Positions 1-9,337 of a DNA stretch of 24,000 nucleotides are shown one piece after another. The notes beneath the pieces are model-generated. The model did not search any database. It saw only the letters and a program-made list of their open reading frames with translations, and had not been told where the DNA came from. Made by a program: the position numbers and the translations under genes. Positions within the stretch are counted from its first letter, which is position 1. Each line of letters begins with the position of its first letter. Source of the stretch: Tissierella sp. (GTDB lineage Bacteria; Bacillota; Clostridia; Tissierellales; Tissierellaceae); assembly GCF_032104385.1 (NCBI RefSeq), contig NZ_DAMCHJ010000012.1, positions 37,751 to 61,750 of the forward strand, given 5' to 3'.

Positions 1-65
1 TTCATTATATTTCAATATTGATCCTCCGTTCTTCTTTATATATATAAATATCTCTTAAATAAATA

Positions 66-977
66 TTATTTACCTTTTTCATATGGAACTCCGCTGGCTT
101 TAGGTCCTACAGAACGACCAACAAATAGTACTAGTACAATAATAGTAAGTACATAAGGCAACATGGCTACAATTTGACTAGATAGCATAGCTCCGCCTCC
201 TAATTGAATAACAATTGCTTGAGCCAACCCAAAGAATAAACAGGATAGGTAAACACTTAAAGGTTTCCATTTACCAAATATAACAGCTGTTAATGCAATA
301 AATCCATGTCCACTAATAGCTGTAGGTACAAAGTTAGATAGAACAGATAGAGTCATAGAAGCACCACCAAGCCCTGCTAGAAACCCTGAAATAATTACAC
401 AAATATATCTAATCTTATATACATTTAACCCAAGACTATCAGCAACTATAGGGTGTTCCCCTACAGAGCTAATTCTAAGACCCCATTTAGTTTTCGCAAA
501 TATGAACCAAGTAAGCAGCATTATCAACAAAGCTATTACAGCGGTTACCTCAAAATTCAATCTACTAAATGCTCCTAATATACTACTATCACTAAATAAT
601 TTAGGTAATTTCTTAGGTACAGGCGGAGTATTTAATGATCCAAATATTATCCTTACTAGAAAAAGGGAAGCACCAGAACCTAATAAGTTAATAGCGATCC
701 CTGATACACTTTGGTCAGCTCTTAAAGATATGGAAGCAATAGCATGCAATAAAGCAATCAATCCTCCTGCAATACCTGCACATAAAAATCCTATCCAAGG
801 ATTTCCAGTTATGTAAGCTATACTAACTCCCGTTGCCGCTCCTATTGTCATCATACCTTCAAGACCAATATTGATTACTCCACTTCGTTCACTCATTAGC
901 CCCCCTAATGCTCCAAAGGCTAGAGGAGTGGAATACATTATTGTATTACTAATTAGCAGTAATAACTTATCTAACAT
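66..977 (-). CDS. ABC transporter permease, BMP/nucleoside-uptake family (YufQ/NupQ-like)
   Basis: 303-aa polytopic membrane ORF. It overlaps the upstream permease gene by 7 nt and is the last gene of a lipoprotein-ATPase-permease-permease operon. Confidence 0.85.
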   Translation of the reverse strand: MLDKLLLLISNTIMYSTPLAFGALGGLMSERSGVINIGLEGMMTIGAATGVSIAYITGNPWIGFLCAGIAGGLIALLHAIASISLRADQSVSGIAINLLGSGASLFLVRIIFGSLNTPPVPKKLPKLFSDSSILGAFSRLNFEVTAVIALLIMLLTWFIFAKTKWGLRISSVGEHPIVADSLGLNVYKIRYICVIISGFLAGLGGASMTLSVLSNFVPTAISGHGFIALTAVIFGKWKPLSVYLSCLFFGLAQAIVIQLGGGAMLSSQIVAMLPYVLTIIVLVLFVGRSVGPKASGVPYEKGK

Positions 978-2092
978 TGTTTGTTGCCTCCTCTTTGACT
1001 AATTTTGTTAATTAATAGGGGAATAATTGTCACTAAGGCCATGCAAAATACAATAGTACCAATTAAAATATCTATAATTTCAGAAGGTGCACCAATTTCC
1101 AACTGAATAGTACCTCCTCCATAGGTTAATCCTGCAAATAACAGTCCTGCAAAAATACATCCTATAGGAGATCCACCAGCCATCAATGCCACTGAAAGTC
1201 CGTTAAATCCATAATTCTCAAGAGCCATAAGTTCATATAGTCTTTGGTATACTCCTGTAATAGACAAAGCTCCAGCTAAACCTGCAATAGCCCCTGCAAT
1301 AAGTAAAGTTTCCATAGTATTTTTTTGTACGTTAATGCCTGATGCCTCTGATGCATATTTATTCAGACCAACAGCCCTTAATTCATATCCTTTAGTAGTC
1401 TTTTTTAATATAAAAGTAATTAATAAAGCCACAATAATGGCTATAATAATCCCTATATTTGCACTAGTTCTTCCAAGGACTTCCCTTAGAAAAGCACTCT
1501 GTTGAAGAATCTCTTGCCCTACACTAGACATTTTCCAATTATAGATGGGATCTAGTCCAGAAGCATTTATAAGATAAGTTGTTGTTGTTCCTGGATCATG
1601 AAATCTTTCAAGGGATACAATATAATTCCCTGCATAAAACGCAATCCAATTAAACATAATACCAGTGATTACTTCATGTATGCCACCTTTAGCTTTTAGA
1701 TATCCAGCTATAGCACCATATAATCCCCCTGCTAAGGTTCCACCTATAAGTATTAGGGGAAATTGAATAAAGGAAGGAAAATCAAATATAATCCCTACTA
1801 CAGTTGCAACAATTGTACCTACAATATATTGCCCTTCGACACCTATATTAAATAATCCAACCCTTAAGGCAAAGGCAACGCTAATACCAGTTAATATAAT
1901 AGGGGAGGCTTTTATAATAATATTCATTATATATCTAGGTTTAGAGAACATTCCTTTAAATAATATACTATATACCTCTAAAGGATTATATCCTGAAATT
2001 CCCAATACCATGGCTGCCACTATAAAGCCAATGAAAATAGCAATCATTATAAATGTAAACTGATGTTTTAATATTTTAGATATTTTGTTCAC
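971..2092 (-). CDS. ABC transporter permease, BMP/nucleoside-uptake family (YufP/NupP-like)
   Basis: 373-aa multi-TM ORF that overlaps both neighbouring genes. This position in the operon is typical of the first permease of BMP-type importers. Confidence 0.85.
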   Translation of the reverse strand: MNKISKILKHQFTFIMIAIFIGFIVAAMVLGISGYNPLEVYSILFKGMFSKPRYIMNIIIKASPIILTGISVAFALRVGLFNIGVEGQYIVGTIVATVVGIIFDFPSFIQFPLILIGGTLAGGLYGAIAGYLKAKGGIHEVITGIMFNWIAFYAGNYIVSLERFHDPGTTTTYLINASGLDPIYNWKMSSVGQEILQQSAFLREVLGRTSANIGIIIAIIVALLITFILKKTTKGYELRAVGLNKYASEASGINVQKNTMETLLIAGAIAGLAGALSITGVYQRLYELMALENYGFNGLSVALMAGGSPIGCIFAGLLFAGLTYGGGTIQLEIGAPSEIIDILIGTIVFCMALVTIIPLLINKISQRGGNKQC

Positions 2093-3617
2093 TGACTTTC
2101 CCTCCTGCCATTAATAAACCAATGGTATTTTCATCTATAGTACCTTGCTTAAAGGTGTTAACGATGTCCCCATCGTATATAACTGCCAAGGTATCTGATA
2201 GATTCATAACTTCATCTAATTCATATGAAATCAATAAAATTGCCTTGCCTTTATCTCTTTCTTCAATTAGAGTCTTATGTATAAATTCTATTGCTCCCAC
2301 ATCTAATCCTCTAGTAGGTTGTACGGCAATTAACAAATCTGGATTATTTTCCACTTCACGGGCTATAATAACCTTTTGTTGATTTCCTCCTGATAAACCT
2401 TTAACAGCTAGTTCTTCACTATCGCTAGGTCTAATATCGAATTTATTTATTAACTCCTTAGCTTTATTAATTATTTTATCCTTTAGTATAATCCCATTCT
2501 TAGAATATTTAGGACTCTTAAAATTCTCGAGTATGATGTTTTCAGCAACTGTGAAATCCAGTACCAATCCTACCTTCTGTCTGTCCTCATGAATTGTTGC
2601 TACTCTATTTTTGATAACATTATTTGGAGAAGTATTTTGTATTTCTACACCATTAATAATTATCTGTCCTTTTTCTGCAAGTTTTAAATTTGTAATAGCC
2701 TCTACTAGTTCTTTTTGTCCATTTCCATCAATACCTGCAATACCCATTATCTCGCCTTTTCGTATTTCCAAAGATAAATCCTTTACAGCATAAAGCCCCT
2801 TTTCATTTTTCACAAAAAGGTTCTTAATCTCAAATATAACATCGCCTACTTGAGCAGGAGATTTATCTGCCACCAAGTTAACTGAGCGACCAACCATCTT
2901 ATTAGCTAATTCCTCTTCATTGACATCTGCCACATTTACAGTATCAATATATTTTCCTCTACGAAGTATAGTGCACTCTTCTGCAGATTGCTTGATCTCC
3001 TTAAGCTTATGGGTAATAATTATGATGGTCTTCCCATCCTCAATTAATTTATTCATGATATTAAGAAGTTCAACAATTTCTTGAGGAGTAAGTACCGCTG
3101 TAGGTTCGTCCAATATTAAAATATCTGCCCCTCTATATAGTGCCTTAATTATTTCAACCTTTTGCTGCATCCCTACTGATACATCTTCTATCAATTCATT
3201 TGGTTCTACTTCTAGCCCATATTTTTCTATAATTTCCAATATCTTTTTATTAGCCTTGTCTATATCTATAACTCCTAAACCCTTAGTCTCTTCTTTTCCT
3301 AGAATTATATTTTGAGCTATGGTGAAATTTTCCACTAACATAAAATGTTGGTGAACCATTCCTATTCCATTTTCTATGGCTACATTAGGATTTTTAATAT
3401 CTACCTTTTTCCCATTAAGAAAAATTTCCCCTTCATCAGCTTTACATAGCCCATAAAGTATGTTCATTAAAGTAGTTTTGCCAGCACCATTCTCTCCCAA
3501 TATGGAGTGAATGGTGCCTTTCTTTATATTTATATCGACATGAGCTAATGCAGTGAATGAACCAAATCTTTTTGTAATGCCTCTCATCTGTACTGCATAA
3601 TCTTCTTGAATATTCAT
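2076..3617 (-). CDS. ABC transporter ATP-binding protein with duplicated ATPase domains
   Basis: Walker A GENGAGKTT, Walker B ILILDEPT, and an LSGGNQQK signature in the second domain. The start is placed at MNIQEDY (ATG at 3617) because GGATGGAG lies just upstream; the ORF-track extension to 3710 overlaps the lipoprotein gene. Confidence 0.9.
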   Translation of the reverse strand: MNIQEDYAVQMRGITKRFGSFTALAHVDINIKKGTIHSILGENGAGKTTLMNILYGLCKADEGEIFLNGKKVDIKNPNVAIENGIGMVHQHFMLVENFTIAQNIILGKEETKGLGVIDIDKANKKILEIIEKYGLEVEPNELIEDVSVGMQQKVEIIKALYRGADILILDEPTAVLTPQEIVELLNIMNKLIEDGKTIIIITHKLKEIKQSAEECTILRRGKYIDTVNVADVNEEELANKMVGRSVNLVADKSPAQVGDVIFEIKNLFVKNEKGLYAVKDLSLEIRKGEIMGIAGIDGNGQKELVEAITNLKLAEKGQIIINGVEIQNTSPNNVIKNRVATIHEDRQKVGLVLDFTVAENIILENFKSPKYSKNGIILKDKIINKAKELINKFDIRPSDSEELAVKGLSGGNQQKVIIAREVENNPDLLIAVQPTRGLDVGAIEFIHKTLIEERDKGKAILLISYELDEVMNLSDTLAVIYDGDIVNTFKQGTIDENTIGLLMAGGKVSEQNI

Positions 3618-3654
3618 AACTCGCTCCATCCTTTTATCATGTCTGACTAAAAAT

Positions 3655-4698
3655 TTATTTACTAAAATTTTTATAAGTATCTTCACTATAAGGTGGATCA
3701 ATCTCACCATTTATAATCATATCTTGTATTTTTAAAGCCTTTTCATATACTTCTGGATCCATATTTGGATTGTTCTCTGGAATACCTACCCCACCATTTT
3801 CCAATCCATATTTAATAATTTGTCCACCAAGCTTTTCACCATCTATAATCCTTTTAGAAAGATCATTAGTTACTACTCCTACATGTTTTAGAGCAGAAGT
3901 TAGTACATTTTTGGGAGCAAGGTAGGATTGATCACGGTCTACACCTATAACCCATTTATTCTCTTCTATTGCTTGTTCAATAACACCACTGCCTGTAGCA
4001 CCTGCAGCAACAAATATTATATCACTACCATCACTATATAAAGATGCAGCAATTGCCTTTCCCTTTGCAGCATCTGAAAAACTTTCTGCAATTTGTACCT
4101 CCACTTTAATTTCCTTATTTAATTCCTTAGCAGCATGGTCTACTCCTGCTTTAAAACCATATTCAAAAAGATCCATAGTAGGACTTCTCATTCCACCAAT
4201 ATAAGCAACCTTATCAGTCTTTGTAGTCAAGCCTGCTATGTACCCTACAAGGTAAGATGCTTCCTCTACATTAAACATTGCACTGGTAACATTATCTAAA
4301 GTAGCTTCACCAAAATCATGATCCACTATGGCATAGGATAACTCCGGATTCATTTTTGCACTAGCTTCAAGAGGATCAGCTGTATTAAAACCAATTCCCC
4401 AAATTAAATTATGTTCCCCATCTACAGCCTTATCAAAGTTAGTAGCCAAATCAGACATCTGCACTGTTTCAATAAAAGAAGCTTTAACTCCAGTTTCCTT
4501 TTGAAATGCTTGCAGTCCTTCCCATGCACCTTGATTATAACTTTGGTCATTAACACCTCCAACATCAGCTACCATTATAACAGAATTACTACTATTTTTA
4601 TTTTCTTCTACTACCTTTCCAGTGTCTGATGTCCCACATCCCGTTACTACAATAGTCATCAGACTAATAACCAATAATAAAGCAATAATTTTTTTCAT
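3655..4698 (-). CDS. BMP-family ABC substrate-binding lipoprotein (PnrA/Med/TmpC-like)
   Basis: Signal peptide with lipobox (LMTIVVTGCG). The mature domain resembles basic membrane protein family nucleoside binders. It is the first gene of the ABC operon. Confidence 0.85.
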   Translation of the reverse strand: MKKIIALLLVISLMTIVVTGCGTSDTGKVVEENKNSSNSVIMVADVGGVNDQSYNQGAWEGLQAFQKETGVKASFIETVQMSDLATNFDKAVDGEHNLIWGIGFNTADPLEASAKMNPELSYAIVDHDFGEATLDNVTSAMFNVEEASYLVGYIAGLTTKTDKVAYIGGMRSPTMDLFEYGFKAGVDHAAKELNKEIKVEVQIAESFSDAAKGKAIAASLYSDGSDIIFVAAGATGSGVIEQAIEENKWVIGVDRDQSYLAPKNVLTSALKHVGVVTNDLSKRIIDGEKLGGQIIKYGLENGGVGIPENNPNMDPEVYEKALKIQDMIINGEIDPPYSEDTYKNFSK

Positions 4699-4730
4699 TA
4701 TAATACTCTCCTCTCTTTAAATATAGTTTT

Positions 4731-5447
4731 TTAATTTTTTATAACCCTAAAGCCCATTTCCAATGCCTTGCCTTTTAAACTGCTCATATATTCCTCAGAT
4801 GGGCTGCTAGTGTTTTTAAGTCTTCCTATAACACCATGATTTCTAAATTTAATCAATCTTAGATTAACATTTCTGATTTTATTTCCAATAGTAGCTTTAA
4901 CTCCTTTTAGAATGTCTTCAGTATCTACTTCTTCTGGAATACATACAATTCTTATTTCTTCTAATTTATTAATATCTGCTAGAAACTTTAAATTTTTCTT
5001 TACAATTTCATTGTCTTCACCAGTAAGTCTTTGAAACTTTTCCTTATCCCAAGCTTTTACATCTAACATAACTCCATCACATACCTCCATAAGCTCTGGA
5101 TATAAAGAAAGATCAATAGCTCCATTAGTATCAATCAGACAGGACAATCCAGCCTTTTGACCTAGAACAAATAACTCTTGTAGGAATTCTGGATATAAGG
5201 TGCATTCTCCTCCTGAAAGTGTAATTCCTCTTATAAATGGAATATCCTTCTCTACTTCATAAAATACTTCATTTGCTGTCATCCATTTGACTTCTAGCGA
5301 AGTAGTATCAGTGCATATTTTTTGCGTTTCAGGATTATGACAATATGCACAACTAAGATTGCATCCCTGAAGAAATATTGAAGTACGATTTCCAGGTCCA
5401 TCTACTAAACTATGATGGATTATTTTATGAATGGGAGCCTTTTTCAT
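4731..5447 (-). CDS. yjjW: Glycyl-radical enzyme activating protein, YjjW-like radical SAM
   Basis: N-terminal CNLSCAYCHNPE (CxxxCxxC radical-SAM cluster). ATGA overlap with the upstream YjjI-like gene at 5444-5447. Confidence 0.8.
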   Translation of the reverse strand: MKKAPIHKIIHHSLVDGPGNRTSIFLQGCNLSCAYCHNPETQKICTDTTSLEVKWMTANEVFYEVEKDIPFIRGITLSGGECTLYPEFLQELFVLGQKAGLSCLIDTNGAIDLSLYPELMEVCDGVMLDVKAWDKEKFQRLTGEDNEIVKKNLKFLADINKLEEIRIVCIPEEVDTEDILKGVKATIGNKIRNVNLRLIKFRNHGVIGRLKNTSSPSEEYMSSLKGKALEMGFRVIKN

Positions 5448-6940
5448 ACTCCTCGCACCTTTCTATCTTTCAAATTATTGTTTTCATAATTTGGTGCTCC
5501 TAGATGAGTAGTATTTTGCAGAACTGCTTCATCATTTCTAAACTTCTCCATCTCACTTTTCTTTACTAAATATCCTGTTATTCTAACTAAATCTCCATTC
5601 TCTTCATAGAAACTTATATACTTAACTCCAAGGGAAAATGCTCCTTTTACTATATCCAGCATTGCAGAAGGATTATTCCTTGCTGTAGTTTCCATAGCAA
5701 ATATGTCACTACATCCTGTAGGTATTAATTTATGAAATCTAGCACTATGTCGAAGGTGATCCGACATATTCTCTGGCTCATCCCCCACAGGGATTCTTAC
5801 TCCTGCTGTAACTCCCTTATCATAATCCATACCTACCTGTGCATGAAGCATAAAATGTCCATTAGAAATAGGAGAGTATTCTGCTGGAAAACTTGTGACA
5901 AATTCAGATATAGTATTCATAATTTTATCTGCCAGATCATCTGCTTCTCCATCATGTCCATAACGTTTTCCTTTTTCCCTTAGTAAGATATTCGTACAAT
6001 CAGCCAAACCTACAATACCAAACATTCCAATAAATCTATCCTTATGAATTAGCCCTTCTTTAACTAAAAAAGAACTCTCAAAGAAACCTGACTTTTCTAC
6101 TAAAAAGCGAACTCTTTCATTCATATAATCTCCCATTGCTTGAAGACACTCAGGGAGTATAGTATTAAAGAAATCATCTATATCCTTTGATAGTTGGGCT
6201 ACCTTAGGTAATACTAATCTTGAAAGGGTATAAGCTCCTCCACCTATAGGTAAAATATTATAACAGCTTGCAATCCCATAATCACTAGAATAAGTATCTT
6301 TAACTAGATTGTGATTACATATTGCAGGATTAGCACAGAACATACTGGTATAAAGAGCTAATTCAGCTATCTCGTCAGATGTAACTTCTGGATCATATTT
6401 GAAAGTAAAATTTGGCACTGCATTTTGCAATTCTTTTTCCACTTCTAAAATAAGTCTTCCAGCACGGGTATCCTCAGGTCCCAAGTTTGCATGACAAAAA
6501 CTATCAGTAATAGTCCTATCTAAATAATTCAAAAATAATTTTAACTTTTTCTTTATATCTTCATCACTATATCCTTCAAGAAAAGGCTCTATCATCTTGT
6601 CCAAGTTTCCTAAATAAACTGGAAAGCTTGTAATAGATGGAACATGACGGTAGAGAATCATCAAAGAATTTAACAACTCTTCTAAATCCTTTGGAGGATC
6701 TAATTGTAAAAATTTGCTCCCTTGTTTAATAAATTTATCATAGTCCAGCAATATATATCGTGGACGATAAGGAGCATTTCCTTCAAACAAATTATCAATT
6801 GCATTCTGTTCAAAATAATTTTTCGTCTTTTCTGGTACATGAAGTACATCTAAGATATCCTCTGCAGCATGGGCTAAGGAAAATACTTTCTGTTCATAAG
6901 TAAGCTTTTGAGATCTTACTATTTCTAAGATATCAGTCAT
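5444..6940 (-). CDS. yjjI: YjjI-family (DUF3029) glycine radical enzyme
   Basis: 498 aa, the size of the YjjI family. C-terminal GDLVRITGYLV matches the glycyl-radical RVxG[FWY]-type motif. Coupled to an activase. Confidence 0.75.
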   Translation of the reverse strand: MTDILEIVRSQKLTYEQKVFSLAHAAEDILDVLHVPEKTKNYFEQNAIDNLFEGNAPYRPRYILLDYDKFIKQGSKFLQLDPPKDLEELLNSLMILYRHVPSITSFPVYLGNLDKMIEPFLEGYSDEDIKKKLKLFLNYLDRTITDSFCHANLGPEDTRAGRLILEVEKELQNAVPNFTFKYDPEVTSDEIAELALYTSMFCANPAICNHNLVKDTYSSDYGIASCYNILPIGGGAYTLSRLVLPKVAQLSKDIDDFFNTILPECLQAMGDYMNERVRFLVEKSGFFESSFLVKEGLIHKDRFIGMFGIVGLADCTNILLREKGKRYGHDGEADDLADKIMNTISEFVTSFPAEYSPISNGHFMLHAQVGMDYDKGVTAGVRIPVGDEPENMSDHLRHSARFHKLIPTGCSDIFAMETTARNNPSAMLDIVKGAFSLGVKYISFYEENGDLVRITGYLVKKSEMEKFRNDEAVLQNTTHLGAPNYENNNLKDRKVRGV

Positions 6941-6971
6941 TTCGCACCATCCTTTTATATAAAATATAATT

Positions 6972-7682
6972 TTAATAATTCACATAATTCTCAACACTTT
7001 TAAACATTTTTTCATATTGTATCTCTGTGATTATTATCCTTTGACCTTCAATCTTTAATAAATTTTGTTCTTCTAATTTCTTTATTACACGATTTACAGT
7101 TTTAACGGCATATCCTGTTTCCTCAGCAATTTGTTGCCTTGTAATTCTTAAGATGCAAATATGGTCTTTAGCATATAACTGATAATACTGTATAAGATAT
7201 ATTTTTATTCGGTCTATTGATTTAATCATAAGAAACATTCGCATATGTTTTTGTTCATCTAAAACACGCTTTAAAATAATATTGGTTCTTCTATAGAGGT
7301 ATTGGGAATTATTTTTTAAAAATTCTTGATAAATATCTACTGGAATATTTAAAAACACACATTGCGACTCTGTAATCAGAGTGGCTCTAAACTTAGTAAT
7401 ATCAGCCAAAGCCTCCATTTCTCCAAATACTTCTGGAGCAGAAAACTTCTTAAAGGTGTAGGTTTCTCCCGTGGAATATTCTTCCAAAGCTTTAACTTGT
7501 CCCGATAAAAGTATCCATATTGTATTTATGACTTCATCAACAGCAACAAATCTCACTCCAGCCTCTACTGTAACAACCTGACAGTGATCCAAAGTTTCAT
7601 AAAAATCCTTCTGGAATAATTCTTCAAAATCACTAATTCTTGTATTGGAAATTTCTGAAATTTCTCTTAAAATACTGTGCAT
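6972..7682 (-). CDS. Crp/Fnr-family transcriptional regulator
   Basis: N-terminal cNMP-binding-like beta-barrel region (FGEMEAL) and C-terminal HTH (TRQQIAEETGYAVKTVNRVIKKLEE). Start at MHSIL (ATG 7682) is preceded by GAGGTG. Confidence 0.7.
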   Translation of the reverse strand: MHSILREISEISNTRISDFEELFQKDFYETLDHCQVVTVEAGVRFVAVDEVINTIWILLSGQVKALEEYSTGETYTFKKFSAPEVFGEMEALADITKFRATLITESQCVFLNIPVDIYQEFLKNNSQYLYRRTNIILKRVLDEQKHMRMFLMIKSIDRIKIYLIQYYQLYAKDHICILRITRQQIAEETGYAVKTVNRVIKKLEEQNLLKIEGQRIIITEIQYEKMFKSVENYVNY

Positions 7683-7719
7683 AATCTTACACCTCAACAA
7701 CAATATAACATAATAGTCT

Positions 7720-7755
7720 TAACTCAAACAAGGACATATGTCCTTGTTTGAGTTA
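7720..7755. repeat. 36-bp perfect palindrome followed by a T-run on the + strand
   Basis: taactcaaacaaggacat|atgtccttgtttgagtta, with every base paired, then ttttattttatc. It lies 38 nt upstream of the Crp/Fnr start, in the divergent intergenic region. Confidence 0.8.
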
Positions 7756-8024
7756 TTTTATTTTATCTTATATTTTGAAACATTTATACTTAAAAATAAA
7801 GGAAAAAAGCATTACTACAAAATTTCAACTAACTATGGAAAGAACCCAAAAAATATTGACGTTTTCACACATTATTCTAAAAAGAAGTTGTTCCCTGAGC
7901 TCTTCATTTTGCTGAAAGGTATACAATAGAAAGCGTTACCAGTGTTTCGTTGAATAAAATATTGATTAACATTACCCTTATAGGGTATATTTAAGTTAAA
8001 GATATTTTAGGAGGTTCTTAACTA

Positions 8025-8396
8025 ATGGATAATATTGATTTATTAATTACTTTAACTCAGCATGAAAGAGATTCAAATAATGTTACAATTGCCTTTACTA
8101 TGGGGCTAAAAGCTGCACAAAAGGACCATGATGTAGAGCTAATTCTCTTATCAGATGCAGTTCATTTAGCATCTAAAGGATATGCAAACAAAATAGATAT
8201 AGGTGAACCCTTTGAGCCAATTTCAAAATTATTACCTGCCTTTTTAGAAGCTGGTGGAAGACTAAAGGTATGCTCATCATGCATGATACACAATGGAGTG
8301 GACAAAGACAATTTAGTAGAAGGTGCCGAAATTATTCAAGCAGATTATGTGGTAGATGCTATTATGGCAGCTAAAAAGTCTTTACAATTAAATTAG
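8025..8396 (+). CDS. DsrE/DsrF-like sulfur-relay family protein
   Basis: 123 aa with a GGAGG RBS upstream. The small alpha/beta protein pattern and a conserved Cys region (KVCSSCM) are typical of the DsrE family. Confidence 0.65.
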   Translation: MDNIDLLITLTQHERDSNNVTIAFTMGLKAAQKDHDVELILLSDAVHLASKGYANKIDIGEPFEPISKLLPAFLEAGGRLKVCSSCMIHNGVDKDNLVEGAEIIQADYVVDAIMAAKKSLQLN

Positions 8397-8565
8397 CAGA
8401 TATAAATTACCCTATAGGCTTTATATTAATTAGGCTTATGGGGTTTCTCCTATTTCCACCACAATTCATTTATCCACGAACATTCATTTTCTACAAAATC
8501 TATACTTATTAAGAACTCCTGCCATTTTTTATAATATAGTCTATAATATAGTCAATTTAATTAAT

Positions 8566-8959
8566 ATGTTCTTATTTGCACTATTAATGTTTTCAATAAG
8601 CCGAGGTGAATTTGGGTTTACTAATGAAATTAGAATCTTAAATATAATTTCTGGAATTATGATTATAGGAGTTATTATTTTACTCCCTATTCTATATATA
8701 AATAGGAAGCATTATTTTATTTACTGGAAAAACAGTTATTAAAAGGGAAGGATTTTTCATAAGGGTGTCTTCATATTTTGTACTAGGATTTATTATATTT
8801 TCAACTTCTTCTCTCATATATAATATTTGGTATGAAAAGAGAAATAAAGACTATTTAATAATTTTAGGTGCTGGACTTATGGGTGATAAAGTAACTCCTT
8901 TATTAGCTAGTAGAATTGATAAAGCTATAGAATTTTATAATAGTCAAAAAGAAAAATGA
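8566..8959 (+). pseudogene. DUF218 (YdcF/ElyC/SanA-like) membrane protein gene, frameshifted and 3'-truncated
   Basis: Frame A (8566-8739) encodes TM segments and ends in a stop. An overlapping frame, open from 8702, continues into IILGAGLMGDKVTPLLASRIDKAIEFY, the N-terminal part of a DUF218 fold. That frame stops at 8959, well before the expected domain end. Confidence 0.5.
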
Positions 8960-9115
8960 GTAAAACCTCCTATATACGAGAATATATTGCAATTATATAT
9001 TTAAATCTAAATAAAAATATATTGTTTGCAATTTTTATAGGAATATTTTATTTCTTAAATTTTATAAACTGGAGTTAAATTTTAATATATAAATATAATA
9101 TAATTTAATAGAAAA

Positions 9116-9156
9116 GAGCCAAATAGGAAGATAATAAATATCTTTTTATTTGACTC
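9116..9156. terminator. Stem-loop with flanking T/A runs; probable original bidirectional terminator downstream of guaA, displaced by the island
   Basis: gagccaaata..aagata-ataaa-tatctt..tatttgactc. The minus strand then reads ttttctatt. It lies just outside the left att repeat. Confidence 0.45.
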
Positions 9157-9186
9157 TGTTCTATTTTTCTTATAAATTAAAATACC

Positions 9187-9203
9187 TTTACCTACTCCCA
9201 CTC
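9187..9203. repeat. Island-distal att core (17-bp direct repeat tttacctactcccactc)
   Basis: Perfect 17/17 identity with 22940-22956. The bases flanking each copy differ on both sides. Confidence 0.75.
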
Positions 9204-9337
9204 TTCATTTTATATTATTAGATATATGCTAAAGCTTTTAATTTAGTCATTATTTAACAGTTCGTTCTCGTTCTGTTTGTATAATTTAACTATATTTGAA
9301 ACTTATTTTACCCGTCCCAGTACCAGTTCCGGTTTAA

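Noticed and set aside
1-27. A possible gene start on the minus strand at the window edge (cctcc at 23-27, then TTG at 15-13).
   Set aside because: Only five codons fall within the window, so the call cannot be supported.
502-816. Antisense ORFs from the six-frame track that lie inside well-supported minus-strand genes. This one, plus 2122-2382, 2611-2793, 4411-4629, 5732-5983, 15732-16001, 17536-17718, 21401-21721, 22092-22277 and 22913-23128.
   Set aside because: Each lies wholly opposite a longer ORF with recognisable motifs and an RBS. They have low-complexity AT-rich-codon compositions and no RBS, so they are shadow ORFs.
3618-3710. N-terminal extensions of track ORFs: 3710, 7703, 13227, 17838, 19149, 20455 and 22521.
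   Set aside because: In each case an internal ATG has a proper GGAGG-type RBS and removes a long overlap with the upstream gene. The extended versions add low-complexity residues.
7738-7929. Intergenic ORFs 7738-7929, 16019-16273 and 22428-22628.
   Set aside because: No Shine-Dalgarno sequence, and the translations are odd and Phe/Ile/Lys-rich. The regions are better explained as promoter, leader or origin DNA. Small-protein or sRNA roles cannot be excluded.
9306-9320. A third, degenerate att-like sequence (ttttacccgtcccag, compared with ttttacctactcccac) ~100 bp inside the left end of the island.
   Set aside because: It matches only with a gap and several mismatches. It could be an integrase arm site or an old att scar, but the similarity is too weak to call from sequence alone.
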